From Methanobacteriota archaeon (lineage in GTDB: Bacteria > Bacteroidota > Bacteroidia > Flavobacteriales_D > Sanyastnellaceae): a stretch of 64,000 nucleotides of DNA. Positions 7,359 through 18,407 of this stretch are shown here, piece by piece (the stretch's first letter is position 1; each line of letters begins with the position of its first letter). The stretch lies in contig PBNL01000024.1 of the NCBI GenBank assembly GCA_002723115.1, forward strand, positions 10,101 to 74,100. The letters run 5' to 3'. Made by a program: the position numbers and the translations under genes. The notes under the pieces are model-generated. The model saw only the letters and a list, made by a program, of their open reading frames with translations, searched no databases and was not told where the DNA came from.

Positions 7359-10181
7359 TTACTTACTCAAATATAGATTTCTCTCACTGTAAATCTTAAG
7401 GAAGAATGGATCCTTTAAATCAGGGATAAACCTAATACCCTCACCAGTAGATTTCATCTCTGGACCTAGTTCCTTATTTACATTTGGGAACTTCGAATAA
7501 CTGAATACTGGTATTTTCACAGCATATCCATCTAAATGTGGAGAGTGAGGCATCTCACTTAATTTCTTCTCACCTAGCATCACTTTAGTTGCGTGATTTA
7601 CATAAGGTACGCCGTACGCCTTCGAGATAAATGGAACTGTACGAGAAGCTCTTGGGTTAGCCTCGATGATATAAACAGTGTCGTCTTTAACGGCAAACGG
7701 AATATTGATCAGTCCGCGCGTTTCAAGAGCTAGTGCAATACGCTTTGTGTAGTCCTTTACCTGTTGCATTACGTAATCTCCGAGATTGTATGGAGGTAGT
7801 AATGCGTAACTATCACCCGAGTGAATTCCAGCTGGTTCAATGTGTTGCATAATTCCGATGATTCTCACATCATCACCATCGCAAATAGCATCAGCCTCAC
7901 ACTCAAGAGCGCCTTCGAGGAAGTGGTCAAGTAGGATTTGGTTTTCAGGCATGTGCTTTAAAATGCTTAATACGTGATTTTCCAATTCATCCTCGTTGAT
8001 TACGATTTTCATCTTCTGACCTCCAAGTACGTACGATGGTCTAACTAGAAGTGGGAATCCTAGTTCGCGACAAAGGTCTACCGCCTGGTCGGCGTTTTCT
8101 ACTACGCCGAACTTTGGGTAAGGAATACCCTCGTCACGAAGTAGTGATGAGAAGCGGCCTCTGTCCTCTGCGAGGTCGAGTGCATTGTACGAGGTACCCA
8201 TTACCGTAATTCCGTAGCGGTCTAGCTTTTCGGCTAGCTTGAGGGCGGTCTGGCCGCCAAGTTGAACGATTACGCCGGCTGGCTTCTCGTGAAGAATGAT
8301 GTCATAGATGTGCTCCCAGAAGACTGGCTCGAAGTAGAGCTTGTCCGAAGTAGCTGAGTCAGTAGATACAGTTTCAGGGTTGCAGTTGATCATAATGGTT
8401 TCGTAGCCGCATTCTTTTGCCGCTAGTACTCCATGAACGCAACAGTAGTCGAATTCGATACCCTGACCGATACGGTTTGGTCCAGAGCCAAGTACGATCA
8501 CTTTAGTTCTGTCACTTACTTGACTTTCGTTCTCTTCGTCTTCAAAAGTTGAGTAGTAATATGGCGTAACTGCTGGGAATTCGGCCGCACATGTATCTAC
8601 CAATTTGTATACACGAGTAATACCTAGAGCATGACGCTTTTCGTGAACTTTACTTTCAAGACAATTTAGGAGGTGTGCAATCTGTCTATCTGCATACCCC
8701 TTGCGTTTTGCCTCCATAAGAAGTTCGCGAGAAATACTCTCTATTGTTTCGTTTTCAATGTCCTTTTCAAGGAGAACTAGCTCTTCAATTTGACGTAAGA
8801 ACCAAGGATCCATCTGAGTAGATTGATGGATCTTATGGAATGGAAGTCCTAGTTTGAATGCGTCGTAGATATGGAACAATCTATTCCAAGAAGGATTGTT
8901 GAGGCTATGCATGATAGCGTCCTTATCTGTAAGCTCACGGCTGTCGGCACCTAGACCATTTCGTCCTATTTCGAGAGATTGACAAGCCTTCTGAAGTGCT
9001 TCTTGGAATGAACGACCGATAGCCATTACCTCACCTACTGATTTCATCTGTAGGCCTAGAGTCCTGTCTGCTCCTTTAAACTTATCGAAGTTCCAACGAG
9101 GGATTTTAACCACAACGTAATCGAGTGTTGGCTCGAACATTGCCGAAGTATTTCCTGTGATAGTGTTCTTGAGTTCGTCAAGATGGTAGCCAATAGCAAG
9201 CTTTGAAGCAATTTTAGCAATTGGATATCCCGTTGCCTTAGATGCAAGAGCAGATGAGCGACTAACACGTGGGTTAATCTCTATCGCAATGATATCTTCC
9301 TTTTCGTCTGGCGAAACTGCGAACTGAACGTTACATCCTCCAGCAAAATCACCAATGCTTCTCATCATGTGAATCGCCATATCACGCATCTTCTGGAAAG
9401 TCGTGTCAGATAGAGTTAACGCAGGAGCAATAGTGATCGAGTCACCCGTGTGAATACCCATTGGGTCGACGTTCTCGATAGAACAAACGATTGTTACATT
9501 GTCGTTCGAATCCCTCAACAACTCCAGCTCGTATTCCTTCCATCCAAGGAGAGCCTTATCAATCATAACCTCGTGAATAGGTGAAATGTGAAGCCCATCC
9601 GTTAGCTTCTTCTCAAATTCCTCCTGATCGTACACGATAGCAGCCCCAGTTCCACCTAAAGTATAGCTAGCCCTAACGCAAAGTGGGAACCCAAATTTTT
9701 GGGCTACCTCCTTTCCCTCAAGGAAACTCTTAGCAGCAGCCTGTGGAGCCATAGGAATACCAATCTTCTCCATCAGAAGTCGGAACTCCTCTCTATTCTC
9801 AGTGATTTCAATCGCATCGATATCAACGCCGATCATTCTAACGTTGTGCTTTTCCCAAATCCCCAATTCATCACACTTGATGCAAAGGTTCAATCCAGTC
9901 TGTCCACCCATTGTTGGCAATACAGAATCAATATCAGGATGCTTCTCAAGAATTTTCTCAATTGATGCAGGTTCAAGAGGCTCTAAATACACATTATCCG
10001 CCATAACTGGATCAGTCATGATGGTTGCAGGATTGGAATTAATTAGAGTAACCTCTATACCTTCTTCTCTTAGCGATTTTGACGCTTGAGATCCACTGTA
10101 ATCAAATTCACATGCTTGGCCGATAACGATGGGGCCACTGCCGATGATTAGTACCGACTTAATGCTTGAATCTTTGGGCAT
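7359..10181 (-). CDS. carB: carbamoyl-phosphate synthase large subunit
   Basis: 940 aa with duplicated ATP-grasp halves. It begins VLIIGSGPIVIGQACEFDYSGSQA, repeated internally as VIVLGSGPNRIGQGIEFDYCCVH. Confidence 0.95.
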   Translation of the reverse strand: MPKDSSIKSVLIIGSGPIVIGQACEFDYSGSQASKSLREEGIEVTLINSNPATIMTDPVMADNVYLEPLEPASIEKILEKHPDIDSVLPTMGGQTGLNLCIKCDELGIWEKHNVRMIGVDIDAIEITENREEFRLLMEKIGIPMAPQAAAKSFLEGKEVAQKFGFPLCVRASYTLGGTGAAIVYDQEEFEKKLTDGLHISPIHEVMIDKALLGWKEYELELLRDSNDNVTIVCSIENVDPMGIHTGDSITIAPALTLSDTTFQKMRDMAIHMMRSIGDFAGGCNVQFAVSPDEKEDIIAIEINPRVSRSSALASKATGYPIAKIASKLAIGYHLDELKNTITGNTSAMFEPTLDYVVVKIPRWNFDKFKGADRTLGLQMKSVGEVMAIGRSFQEALQKACQSLEIGRNGLGADSRELTDKDAIMHSLNNPSWNRLFHIYDAFKLGLPFHKIHQSTQMDPWFLRQIEELVLLEKDIENETIESISRELLMEAKRKGYADRQIAHLLNCLESKVHEKRHALGITRVYKLVDTCAAEFPAVTPYYYSTFEDEENESQVSDRTKVIVLGSGPNRIGQGIEFDYCCVHGVLAAKECGYETIMINCNPETVSTDSATSDKLYFEPVFWEHIYDIILHEKPAGVIVQLGGQTALKLAEKLDRYGITVMGTSYNALDLAEDRGRFSSLLRDEGIPYPKFGVVENADQAVDLCRELGFPLLVRPSYVLGGQKMKIVINEDELENHVLSILKHMPENQILLDHFLEGALECEADAICDGDDVRIIGIMQHIEPAGIHSGDSYALLPPYNLGDYVMQQVKDYTKRIALALETRGLINIPFAVKDDTVYIIEANPRASRTVPFISKAYGVPYVNHATKVMLGEKKLSEMPHSPHLDGYAVKIPVFSYSKFPNVNKELGPEMKSTGEGIRFIPDLKDPFFLKIYSERNLYLSK

Positions 10182-10221
10182 TTTTTTTTTATCCGGCTAC
10201 TTTCTCGCGAAAAAATCCGCT

Positions 10222-10229
10222 CAAATGTA
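10222..10229 (-). promoter_or_regulatory. candidate Bacteroidota -7 promoter box (TACATTTG) for carB
   Basis: The plus strand reads CAAATGTA. The reverse complement fits TAnnTTTG about 40 nt upstream of the carB ATG. An A-run directly precedes the ATG. Confidence 0.35.
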
Positions 10230-10341
10230 GCCAGTTACGAATGCAATTAACCGGCGCAAAGTTAGCACATCTTTTATCCTATTTAGTCAACTTCACTCAG
10301 CACTTTATCCACACTTCTTCACAATTACCGACCTTAGCTAC

Positions 10342-11193
10342 ATGAGCAGAGGACATAAAGTGATTTGGGATACCTTAAATTGGCAGTTTGAAGGGTGGAT
10401 TGTGCCTGCAAAAAGTGGACGTAATGCAAGAATAGTTGTTGCTTTTCATGGGTTTGATAGAAGCGCAGATGAGATGGAAAACTTTATGCCCTTATTCTGC
10501 GAAAACACATCAATGCTTTCAATTAACTTACTTCATCATGGAGAAAGTAAGCCTAAGGATGGCATGCATAATTACTCTATGCTTGAACCAAATGAATTGC
10601 TAGATTCTATTAAAATCAAAATTGCTGAGGAGTTTGGCGAAGCGCGAATCGAATTACTTGGTTACTCTATGGGTTCAAGAATTTGCTTCAAACTGCTTAC
10701 TGAAAGCCCCAATTTATTTGACCGCATCATAGTGCTCGCTCCAGATGGATTGCGAAAAGGGCCACTATACAGATTTGTAGTGAACACTAGAATTGGCAGA
10801 TTCTGCTGGAGTTTAGTCGACAAATTTCCTAAAACAAATCGAAGGATTCTTGATGCTCTTTACAAAGTGGGGGTGATTTCTGGTCACAGACATCACTTTG
10901 GTAGATATCATACAGACAATGCAGAAATTAGAAAGAGGGTGGCGTATGGTTGGGCTGCTCACAAGATGTTTTGGCCAGAGTTGCGTGATTTAGCAAACGC
11001 AATGTCGCAAGTAGAGTCGCATTTGATTTTTGGCGATAGAGATAAAATCATTCCTGAAAAATGGTCAAAGGGTCTTAAATCTGAGCTAGCAAAAATCAAT
11101 TGCACGGCTGTAAAGTTTCATACAATAGACAGTGGCCACGTGATGCGTCACGCGGCCACTGTCGAACAAATTGTTTCGGCTATTAAGCCTTAG
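10342..11193 (+). CDS. alpha/beta hydrolase fold protein
   Basis: 283 aa with a nucleophile elbow GYSMGS, VVAFHGF near the N-terminus and a C-terminal DSGH. Confidence 0.65.
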   Translation: MSRGHKVIWDTLNWQFEGWIVPAKSGRNARIVVAFHGFDRSADEMENFMPLFCENTSMLSINLLHHGESKPKDGMHNYSMLEPNELLDSIKIKIAEEFGEARIELLGYSMGSRICFKLLTESPNLFDRIIVLAPDGLRKGPLYRFVVNTRIGRFCWSLVDKFPKTNRRILDALYKVGVISGHRHHFGRYHTDNAEIRKRVAYGWAAHKMFWPELRDLANAMSQVESHLIFGDRDKIIPEKWSKGLKSELAKINCTAVKFHTIDSGHVMRHAATVEQIVSAIKP

Positions 11194-13469
11194 AACTTTA
11201 GGCTCAAGCTTATAAATCCATTTCTACCAGCTTGTGGGTAAACGTAGTTTTCATTGTACTCATTTACTCCTCCATCTTCGTTTTCATACAAGTAGTAATA
11301 TGACCATCCGTTTGCGCTGTACAAATGATCAAAGACGTTGTTTGCAAAAATGCTAAGGTCAACTTCTCTGCCATTCAACACCATGTTGCATCTCACTACA
11401 ATATCGTGAACTAGGTAAGATGGAAGCGCTCTATCATCGCTTGAAGTGTTGTCTAAATATTGTTTTCCAACATACTTCGAAGCAAATTCTAGATCAACAT
11501 CAAGTTCTTCGTCAGAGAATAAATCTCCTCCATCCCAAACATCAAAAGTCAGAATACTAGCTCCAATCAAACTTGGTGAGAAAGCTATGTCCGTCTCGTA
11601 ATAGTTGAATGTGTATACTGAATCCCCAAGCTCTTGGATGTCTGTAAACTCAACAATCTTGTTATTTGAAATTGTTGCGTTACCCTGCCATGTAGCAAAG
11701 TTGCCGATTTTAAATCCAGCTTGAACTTCAATACCCTGACGGTAAGATTCATCCACATTCATTTTAATACCAGCACCAGTATCTGAAATAGTACCTGTAG
11801 GTATTAATTGATTTGTGTATTGCATATGGTATGCACCGAGTTCAAATGCAAACTTTGAGTTTGCAAAACGGTAACCAAGTTCTAAATCTCTAAGGTTTTC
11901 TGGAAGAATAGCTGTTGGATCTGGAGCATCTAGATAATTGTTTCTCGATGGCTCTCTATTTGCTACAGCTAATGATGCAAATAACCTGTTGTTGGTGTTT
12001 GGCATTAAATCAAAACCAATTTTAGGATTAAAGAATGTATGACTATCAGTAATATCAAACTCATTTCTATCTGAATCTAATCCTTTAGTCGCGTAATCCA
12101 CCTTCCTTATTTGAGCTTCAGCTTGCACTCTCAGCTTTTCATTTTCACTTAAAACGGTCAGCCTTGTGTATGCACTTAAATCAGTCTTATTTCCTTGAGA
12201 AAAGTAATAATTGTACTCTGAATCTTCAGGCTCAACACCATCTTGAGAAACTATTTTCCCAAAGTGATCTCCATTGTAGATTGAGTACATACCTCCAAAA
12301 TCAAATCTTGAGTTTCCTTTTTCGAAGCTTGCATTTAGCATACCTCCACGCAGCTGATTATCCAACCACCTACGACGGATGAAATCTGCCGATTCAACAA
12401 CGACAGTATCAGAATCACTCACTACTTCATATGGCTCAATTCCGTAGTTACTAAAACTATCTCCAAGTCTTTCTTGCTCGTAATATCCTGAACCTAGGGT
12501 TTGGAATAATGCAAAACCAAGATTCAAAGCACCAATCTGCTGCTCAATGTGAAGCTGATGATGATCCTGCGCATAATCATCTACCTCATTTTCATAGGAG
12601 TAGTAATTGTGCTGACGACCATTCGCTAGTAAATCATTCACCCTAGCAGTATCCTCGCCAAATCCATATTCCCAACTCCAAGCAGCCCAATCTGCAATAG
12701 CAGCAGAATCTGCGTCTACCTCAGTTGCAATTTCTGGCACTCCGTACCATGACTGGTAAGTTCTCTCTTCACCCTTAGTAGCAGTAAAGCTAATTTTTCC
12801 ATCCTCCCAACGCTTTACAACAGATCCATAAACAGAGAATAGCTCTGAAGAAGCCCTGTTCATATATCCATCAGAAGTGATTTGAGAAACTCTACCGTCG
12901 AACGAAATTCCGTTATCAAGAATTCCAGTGTTCCACATACCTGACAATCTTTGAGATCCAAATGACCCCATTCCAACTTTAGCTTGAATAAGTGGTTTAG
13001 CAACTTTACCAAGCGTGTTTATTGCAATCGAGCCGCCGAAGGCACTTGGCCCGTTTGTGCTAGTACCAACACCTCTGCTGATTTGCAAGTCGCTTACACT
13101 ACTTCCAAGATCTGGTAGATCAACCCACCAAACTCCCATAGACTCAGCGTCATTTAGAGGAACTCCGTTAATAGTAACATTGATACGAGTAGCATCTGTA
13201 CCTCTCAGGCGCATACCTGTGTAACCTATTCCGTTTCCTGCGTCTGATGTAACTACTACAGAAGGAGTAAAACGAATCAAGAATGGAAGGTCCTGAGCTG
13301 CGTCCCTCTTAATGATGTCTTCTTCTGTTACATCAGTGTGTGCGAATGGAGATCTTTCGTCTGAAGAAACTGCCTTAACAGCAGCAGGCTTTAGTACGTT
13401 GATCGAATCGATTTGGGCTTGAATAAAAGCCGGCGCTAAAAGAAGCGAGAATAAAATAATGCGTCGCAT
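11190..13469 (-). CDS. TonB-dependent receptor (putative thiamine/TPP-precursor outer-membrane transporter)
   Basis: Plug motifs are present (DLPFLIRFTPSVVV, GMRLRGTDATRINVTINGVPLND) and the protein ends in a terminal aromatic (SLSLKF). The start is re-set to Met22 (MRRIILFSLLLAPAFIQAQ signal peptide). The track's 21-codon extension runs into the riboswitch. Confidence 0.88.
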   Translation of the reverse strand: MRRIILFSLLLAPAFIQAQIDSINVLKPAAVKAVSSDERSPFAHTDVTEEDIIKRDAAQDLPFLIRFTPSVVVTSDAGNGIGYTGMRLRGTDATRINVTINGVPLNDAESMGVWWVDLPDLGSSVSDLQISRGVGTSTNGPSAFGGSIAINTLGKVAKPLIQAKVGMGSFGSQRLSGMWNTGILDNGISFDGRVSQITSDGYMNRASSELFSVYGSVVKRWEDGKISFTATKGEERTYQSWYGVPEIATEVDADSAAIADWAAWSWEYGFGEDTARVNDLLANGRQHNYYSYENEVDDYAQDHHQLHIEQQIGALNLGFALFQTLGSGYYEQERLGDSFSNYGIEPYEVVSDSDTVVVESADFIRRRWLDNQLRGGMLNASFEKGNSRFDFGGMYSIYNGDHFGKIVSQDGVEPEDSEYNYYFSQGNKTDLSAYTRLTVLSENEKLRVQAEAQIRKVDYATKGLDSDRNEFDITDSHTFFNPKIGFDLMPNTNNRLFASLAVANREPSRNNYLDAPDPTAILPENLRDLELGYRFANSKFAFELGAYHMQYTNQLIPTGTISDTGAGIKMNVDESYRQGIEVQAGFKIGNFATWQGNATISNNKIVEFTDIQELGDSVYTFNYYETDIAFSPSLIGASILTFDVWDGGDLFSDEELDVDLEFASKYVGKQYLDNTSSDDRALPSYLVHDIVVRCNMVLNGREVDLSIFANNVFDHLYSANGWSYYYLYENEDGGVNEYNENYVYPQAGRNGFISLSLKF

Positions 13470-13519
13470 ATGATATAAATTTTTATTTGGACGCGGAGCA
13501 CACCTTGGGTCGATGTACC

Positions 13520-13600
13520 TTCCTTTGGACAACTTCCTTCTCCGTGTAGAGCAGGTTCAAAGGGTATACTCTCAGCCACATGGCACCCCTGCGTCAAAGC
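13520..13600 (-). promoter_or_regulatory. TPP (THI-box) riboswitch
   Basis: The minus strand reads GACGCAGGGGUGCCAUGUGGCUGAGAGUAUACCCUUUGAACCUGCUCUACACGGAGAAGGAAGUUGUC. This contains the GGGGUGC, CUGAGA and ACCCUUUGAACCUG hallmarks and a closing GACG/UGUC P1. Confidence 0.72.
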
Positions 13601-13607
13601 AAAGGTA
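13600..13607 (-). promoter_or_regulatory. candidate -7 promoter box (TACCTTTG) for the riboswitch-TBDR transcript
   Basis: The plus strand reads CAAAGGTA. The reverse complement fits TAnnTTTG immediately 5' of the aptamer. Confidence 0.35.
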
Positions 13608-13621
13608 ATTATATTCGTCAC

Positions 13622-14416
13622 ATGATGTCTCAAAAACTTTTTGAAGAATGTACACTACGAGCTGTTGAAGCCGCTGGTGCCGCTTCTAGAGTTTTACTTG
13701 GTGTCATCGCTTCATCAGATGAAGATTTAAACATTGAATCAAAGAAGGATGGCTCGCTTGTTTCTGACGCCGATTATGAATCCCAAAAGGTAATAGCATC
13801 CTCTCTTGCTCCTCTTGCTATCCCAATTTTAAGTGAAGAAGCTTCTATCCCTGACTACGACGAAAGAAAACAATGGGAATATTATTGGCTTGTTGACCCA
13901 CTTGACGGGACTGAAAGCTTCCTTGAAAACAGAAGTGGGTTTGCTGTAAACATTGCTCTTTGTGATAATTCAGGACCCATTATAGGGGTTGTTGCAGATC
14001 CTCTAACAAATACTATTTACAAGGGTGTAAAAGGAAGAGGTTTTTCAATAAGTCAACTCAGTGGTGCAAATGCTAGAACTATAAAACTTAGCAAAAGCAC
14101 TCAAGCATCTAAACCTTATACACTTGTTACTTCTTGGGTTGAATCAGCCCCTATATCAAAACTTTGCCCTCCATGGATTAAATCAACGGATGTCGTTGCT
14201 AGATCAGTAAGTGGCTCTCTGAAGTTTTGTGAACTAGCCATGGGTAAAGCAGAAATTCACGCCAGAACTGGTCCTTATATGGAATGGGATTGCGCTGCGG
14301 GAGATGCAATACTAAGATCTGTTGGGATCGATGTTTTCGATATAAATACTCACAAGAGAATAGAATACAATTCCGAAGATCTCAGAGTAAATGGACTCTA
14401 TACTTCCAGAGTCTAA
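13622..14416 (+). CDS. inositol monophosphatase family protein (CysQ-like 3'(2'),5'-bisphosphate nucleotidase)
   Basis: Has the WLVDPLDGT and EWDCAAGDAIL family motifs. The start is moved to the ATG at 13622 because the track's upstream start overlaps the riboswitch region. Confidence 0.72.
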   Translation: MMSQKLFEECTLRAVEAAGAASRVLLGVIASSDEDLNIESKKDGSLVSDADYESQKVIASSLAPLAIPILSEEASIPDYDERKQWEYYWLVDPLDGTESFLENRSGFAVNIALCDNSGPIIGVVADPLTNTIYKGVKGRGFSISQLSGANARTIKLSKSTQASKPYTLVTSWVESAPISKLCPPWIKSTDVVARSVSGSLKFCELAMGKAEIHARTGPYMEWDCAAGDAILRSVGIDVFDINTHKRIEYNSEDLRVNGLYTSRV

Positions 14417-15351
14417 CGATAAGACCCTTCCTCAAAGGTCTCATACATTTCTAGATAATTTGAATATCTCTCATGTGAGATTTGGCCTACTTCAACAGCA
14501 TCCTTTACTGCACAACCTGGCTCATCAATATGGATACAATTATTAAACTTACATCCATCCAATTTCTCAAAAATCTCAGGGAAATGATGATTTAAAGTTT
14601 CCTTCTCAAGTGTTATAAGACCAAACCCTTTTATCCCAGGAGTATCGATAATAAACCCACCACCTGGAACCTCGAACATCTCAGCAAAGGTCGTAGTGTG
14701 TTTTCCCTTAGAATGTGAATCACTCACCTCTCCCGTCTTTAAATCCAAGCCAGGAATAATTTGATTTATCAGAGTACTTTTTCCAACACCACTATGACCT
14801 GAAAGCAAGTTTATTCCCATGTTTAAAGACGCCTTCAGTTCATCAACCCCCTCTCCAGTTTTTGCGCTGACTTTCATTATTGAATATCCAGCAGAGGAGT
14901 ATATTTTCTCTAATTCGTTTTGTCTTTTAGCGCTTTCTCCCTCGAGTAAATCAACCTTATTGAAAACAATTGTAGTAGGGATACCATAAGCCTCGGCTGT
15001 TACTAAAAACCTATCTATAAAACCCGATGAGGTTCGTGGCTGAGCAATTGTTACAATTAAAAATGCTCTATCCAAGTTTGAAGCAACAATGTGACTTTCC
15101 TTGCTGAGATTAACAGACTTCCTTGCGATAAAATTCTTGCGTTCAAGGATTTTCTCAATAGTTCCTTGACCAGTATCTGTTCTTTCAAAAACAACAGAAT
15201 CACCCACTGCGATAGGGTTAGTTGACCTTAGTCCTTCTAGTCTGATTTTGCCTTTTAAATTGCATTTAACTGTATTTCCTGAGTTATCCTTAACATCATA
15301 CCACGACCCTGTAGATCGAAATACAGTCCCAGTTTCACTTACTCCACTCAA
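14413..15351 (-). CDS. rsgA: ribosome small subunit-dependent GTPase A
   Basis: 312 aa with a circularly permuted GTPase (NKVDL ... GHSGVGKSTLIN ... DTPG) and the C-terminal Zn-knuckle C..C.H...C. Confidence 0.9.
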   Translation of the reverse strand: MSGVSETGTVFRSTGSWYDVKDNSGNTVKCNLKGKIRLEGLRSTNPIAVGDSVVFERTDTGQGTIEKILERKNFIARKSVNLSKESHIVASNLDRAFLIVTIAQPRTSSGFIDRFLVTAEAYGIPTTIVFNKVDLLEGESAKRQNELEKIYSSAGYSIMKVSAKTGEGVDELKASLNMGINLLSGHSGVGKSTLINQIIPGLDLKTGEVSDSHSKGKHTTTFAEMFEVPGGGFIIDTPGIKGFGLITLEKETLNHHFPEIFEKLDGCKFNNCIHIDEPGCAVKDAVEVGQISHERYSNYLEMYETFEEGSYR

Positions 15352-16049
15352 GCTGTAAGTTGTTTAAATGCCTCCTCTAATCCACCTTTATCATTTATAA
15401 ATTTCTCAATCTCTTCATCGGCGACAATCTCCCCCAGTTTAATCATAACAACCCTATCACACATAGCCTCTACTTCTTGCATAATATGAGTGCTCAACAT
15501 AACTGTCCTCTCCTTTCCTATAGACCTAATTAATGACCTTATTTCAACTAGTTGATTTGGATCTAATCCCGATGTTGGTTCGTCAAGAATCAAAACTTCA
15601 GGCTTGTGTATTATGGCAGCAGCCAGCCCAACTCTTTGTCTAAAACCCTTTGAAAGTTGACCTATTTTTTTGTGAACTTCTAGAGTTAATCCTACCTGTA
15701 CAATTACATCCTCAACACGCTGAACTGCGTTATCCAACTTATAAATTCCTGCAACGAATTTTAAGTATTCCCTGATATACATTTCTTCAGGAAGAGGATT
15801 GCTTTCAGGAAGATAGCCTATTCTAGCTTTTGTTTCAAGAGGCTCTTCGTCAACATCAAAACCACATACTTCTAAACTTCCAGAATTAGGTGGAATATAT
15901 CCGCAAATAAGCCTCATTAAAGTTGACTTACCAGCTCCGTTTGGCCCAAGTAATCCCAAAACTTGTCCAGAAGGAATCTCTAAGCTTACGTCTTTAAGGG
16001 CAAACTGTCCCGAAAATTCTTTTACTAGGTTTCTGGCTGCAATTGACAT
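15348..16049 (-). CDS. ABC transporter ATP-binding protein (ABC-2 type)
   Basis: Has Walker A GPNGAGKST, signature LSKGFRQR and Walker B LILDEPTSGLD. No permease gene is adjacent. Confidence 0.85.
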   Translation of the reverse strand: MSIAARNLVKEFSGQFALKDVSLEIPSGQVLGLLGPNGAGKSTLMRLICGYIPPNSGSLEVCGFDVDEEPLETKARIGYLPESNPLPEEMYIREYLKFVAGIYKLDNAVQRVEDVIVQVGLTLEVHKKIGQLSKGFRQRVGLAAAIIHKPEVLILDEPTSGLDPNQLVEIRSLIRSIGKERTVMLSTHIMQEVEAMCDRVVMIKLGEIVADEEIEKFINDKGGLEEAFKQLTA

Positions 16050-16057
16050 GCTGCAAA

Positions 16058-17692
<1,635 letters not shown>

Positions 17693-17968
17693 TTATACTA
17701 TTGCAAGAATGTCAGCTTCTCTCATTATCATGTAATCCTTACCATCAAGGTTGAGATCAGTCCCCGAATATTTTCCATAAAGAACCTTATCTCCAACTTT
17801 TACTGTAGTTGGCTCATCCTTTTTTCCAGGCCCAACAGCAATAACCACACCTCTCTGTGATTTTTCCTGAGCTGTATCTGGAATAATGATACCACTCGCT
17901 GTAGTTTCTTCAGCCGCAGCTGGTTCAATTAGCACTCTATCTGCTAAAGGTCTAATGTTTACTGACAT
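17693..17968 (-). CDS. groES: co-chaperonin GroES
   Basis: 91 aa beginning IRPLADRVLIEP, located 3 nt upstream of groEL. Confidence 0.96.
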   Translation of the reverse strand: MSVNIRPLADRVLIEPAAAEETTASGIIIPDTAQEKSQRGVVIAVGPGKKDEPTTVKVGDKVLYGKYSGTDLNLDGKDYMIMREADILAIV

Positions 17969-18069
17969 CTTTTTTAATTTGTTTATCTCAGTCTAGTCTA
18001 ATTTTATGCCAAAACATTTAGGCACGTCAAAAAGTCACTAATCCTAAAACTCTCAATAAAAATTTCTAA

Positions 18070-18399
18070 TTATTCTGCCGTTTCTGCAGCAGGCTCAGCC
18101 TCAACTGGCGCTTCTTGCTGAACTGGAACAGCTGCTTCTGGAATTAATGCATCATCAATTCCTACATCTACTGTTCTGTTGCCGTTGTAAATACCTGCAA
18201 AAATGCAAGCCACAAATAATGCAACGATCAAGTACCAAGTACTTTTCTCAAGAAAATCGGTTGTGCGTTGAACACCACCCATTTGAGCTCCTCCAGTAAA
18301 GCCAGCTGCTAGTCCGCCACCTTTTGGATTTTGTACAAGAATTACTGCTCCTAGAAGAAAGCATATGATTAAAATTACAACGGTTAAAAACGTTCCCAT
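18070..18399 (-). CDS. secG: preprotein translocase subunit SecG
   Basis: 109 aa with two TM helices and the LVQNPKGGGL motif. Confidence 0.85.
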   Translation of the reverse strand: MGTFLTVVILIICFLLGAVILVQNPKGGGLAAGFTGGAQMGGVQRTTDFLEKSTWYLIVALFVACIFAGIYNGNRTVDVGIDDALIPEAAVPVQQEAPVEAEPAAETAE

Positions 18400-18407
18400 G
18401 ATAGATT

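Noticed and set aside
10181-10190. A run of 10 T (A-run on the minus strand) directly abutting the carB ATG, considered as a slipped-strand phase-variation tract.
   Set aside because: The run is upstream of the start codon, so length changes cannot shift the frame. A-rich leaders are the normal SD-independent initiation context in Bacteroidota. At most it modulates translation efficiency.
13436-13633. 65-aa minus-strand ORF, together with the 21-codon N-terminal extension of the TBDR and the 13580 start of the plus-strand gene.
   Set aside because: All of these overlap the TPP riboswitch and promoter region. The TBDR has a clean signal peptide from Met22, and the plus-strand gene has a conventional ATG at 13622.
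15348-16049. Calling the ABC ATPase gldA.
   Set aside because: It has generic ABC-2 ATPase motifs only. At 233 aa it is shorter than my recollection of GldA, and no gldF/gldG-like permease genes are nearby. The call is left at family level.
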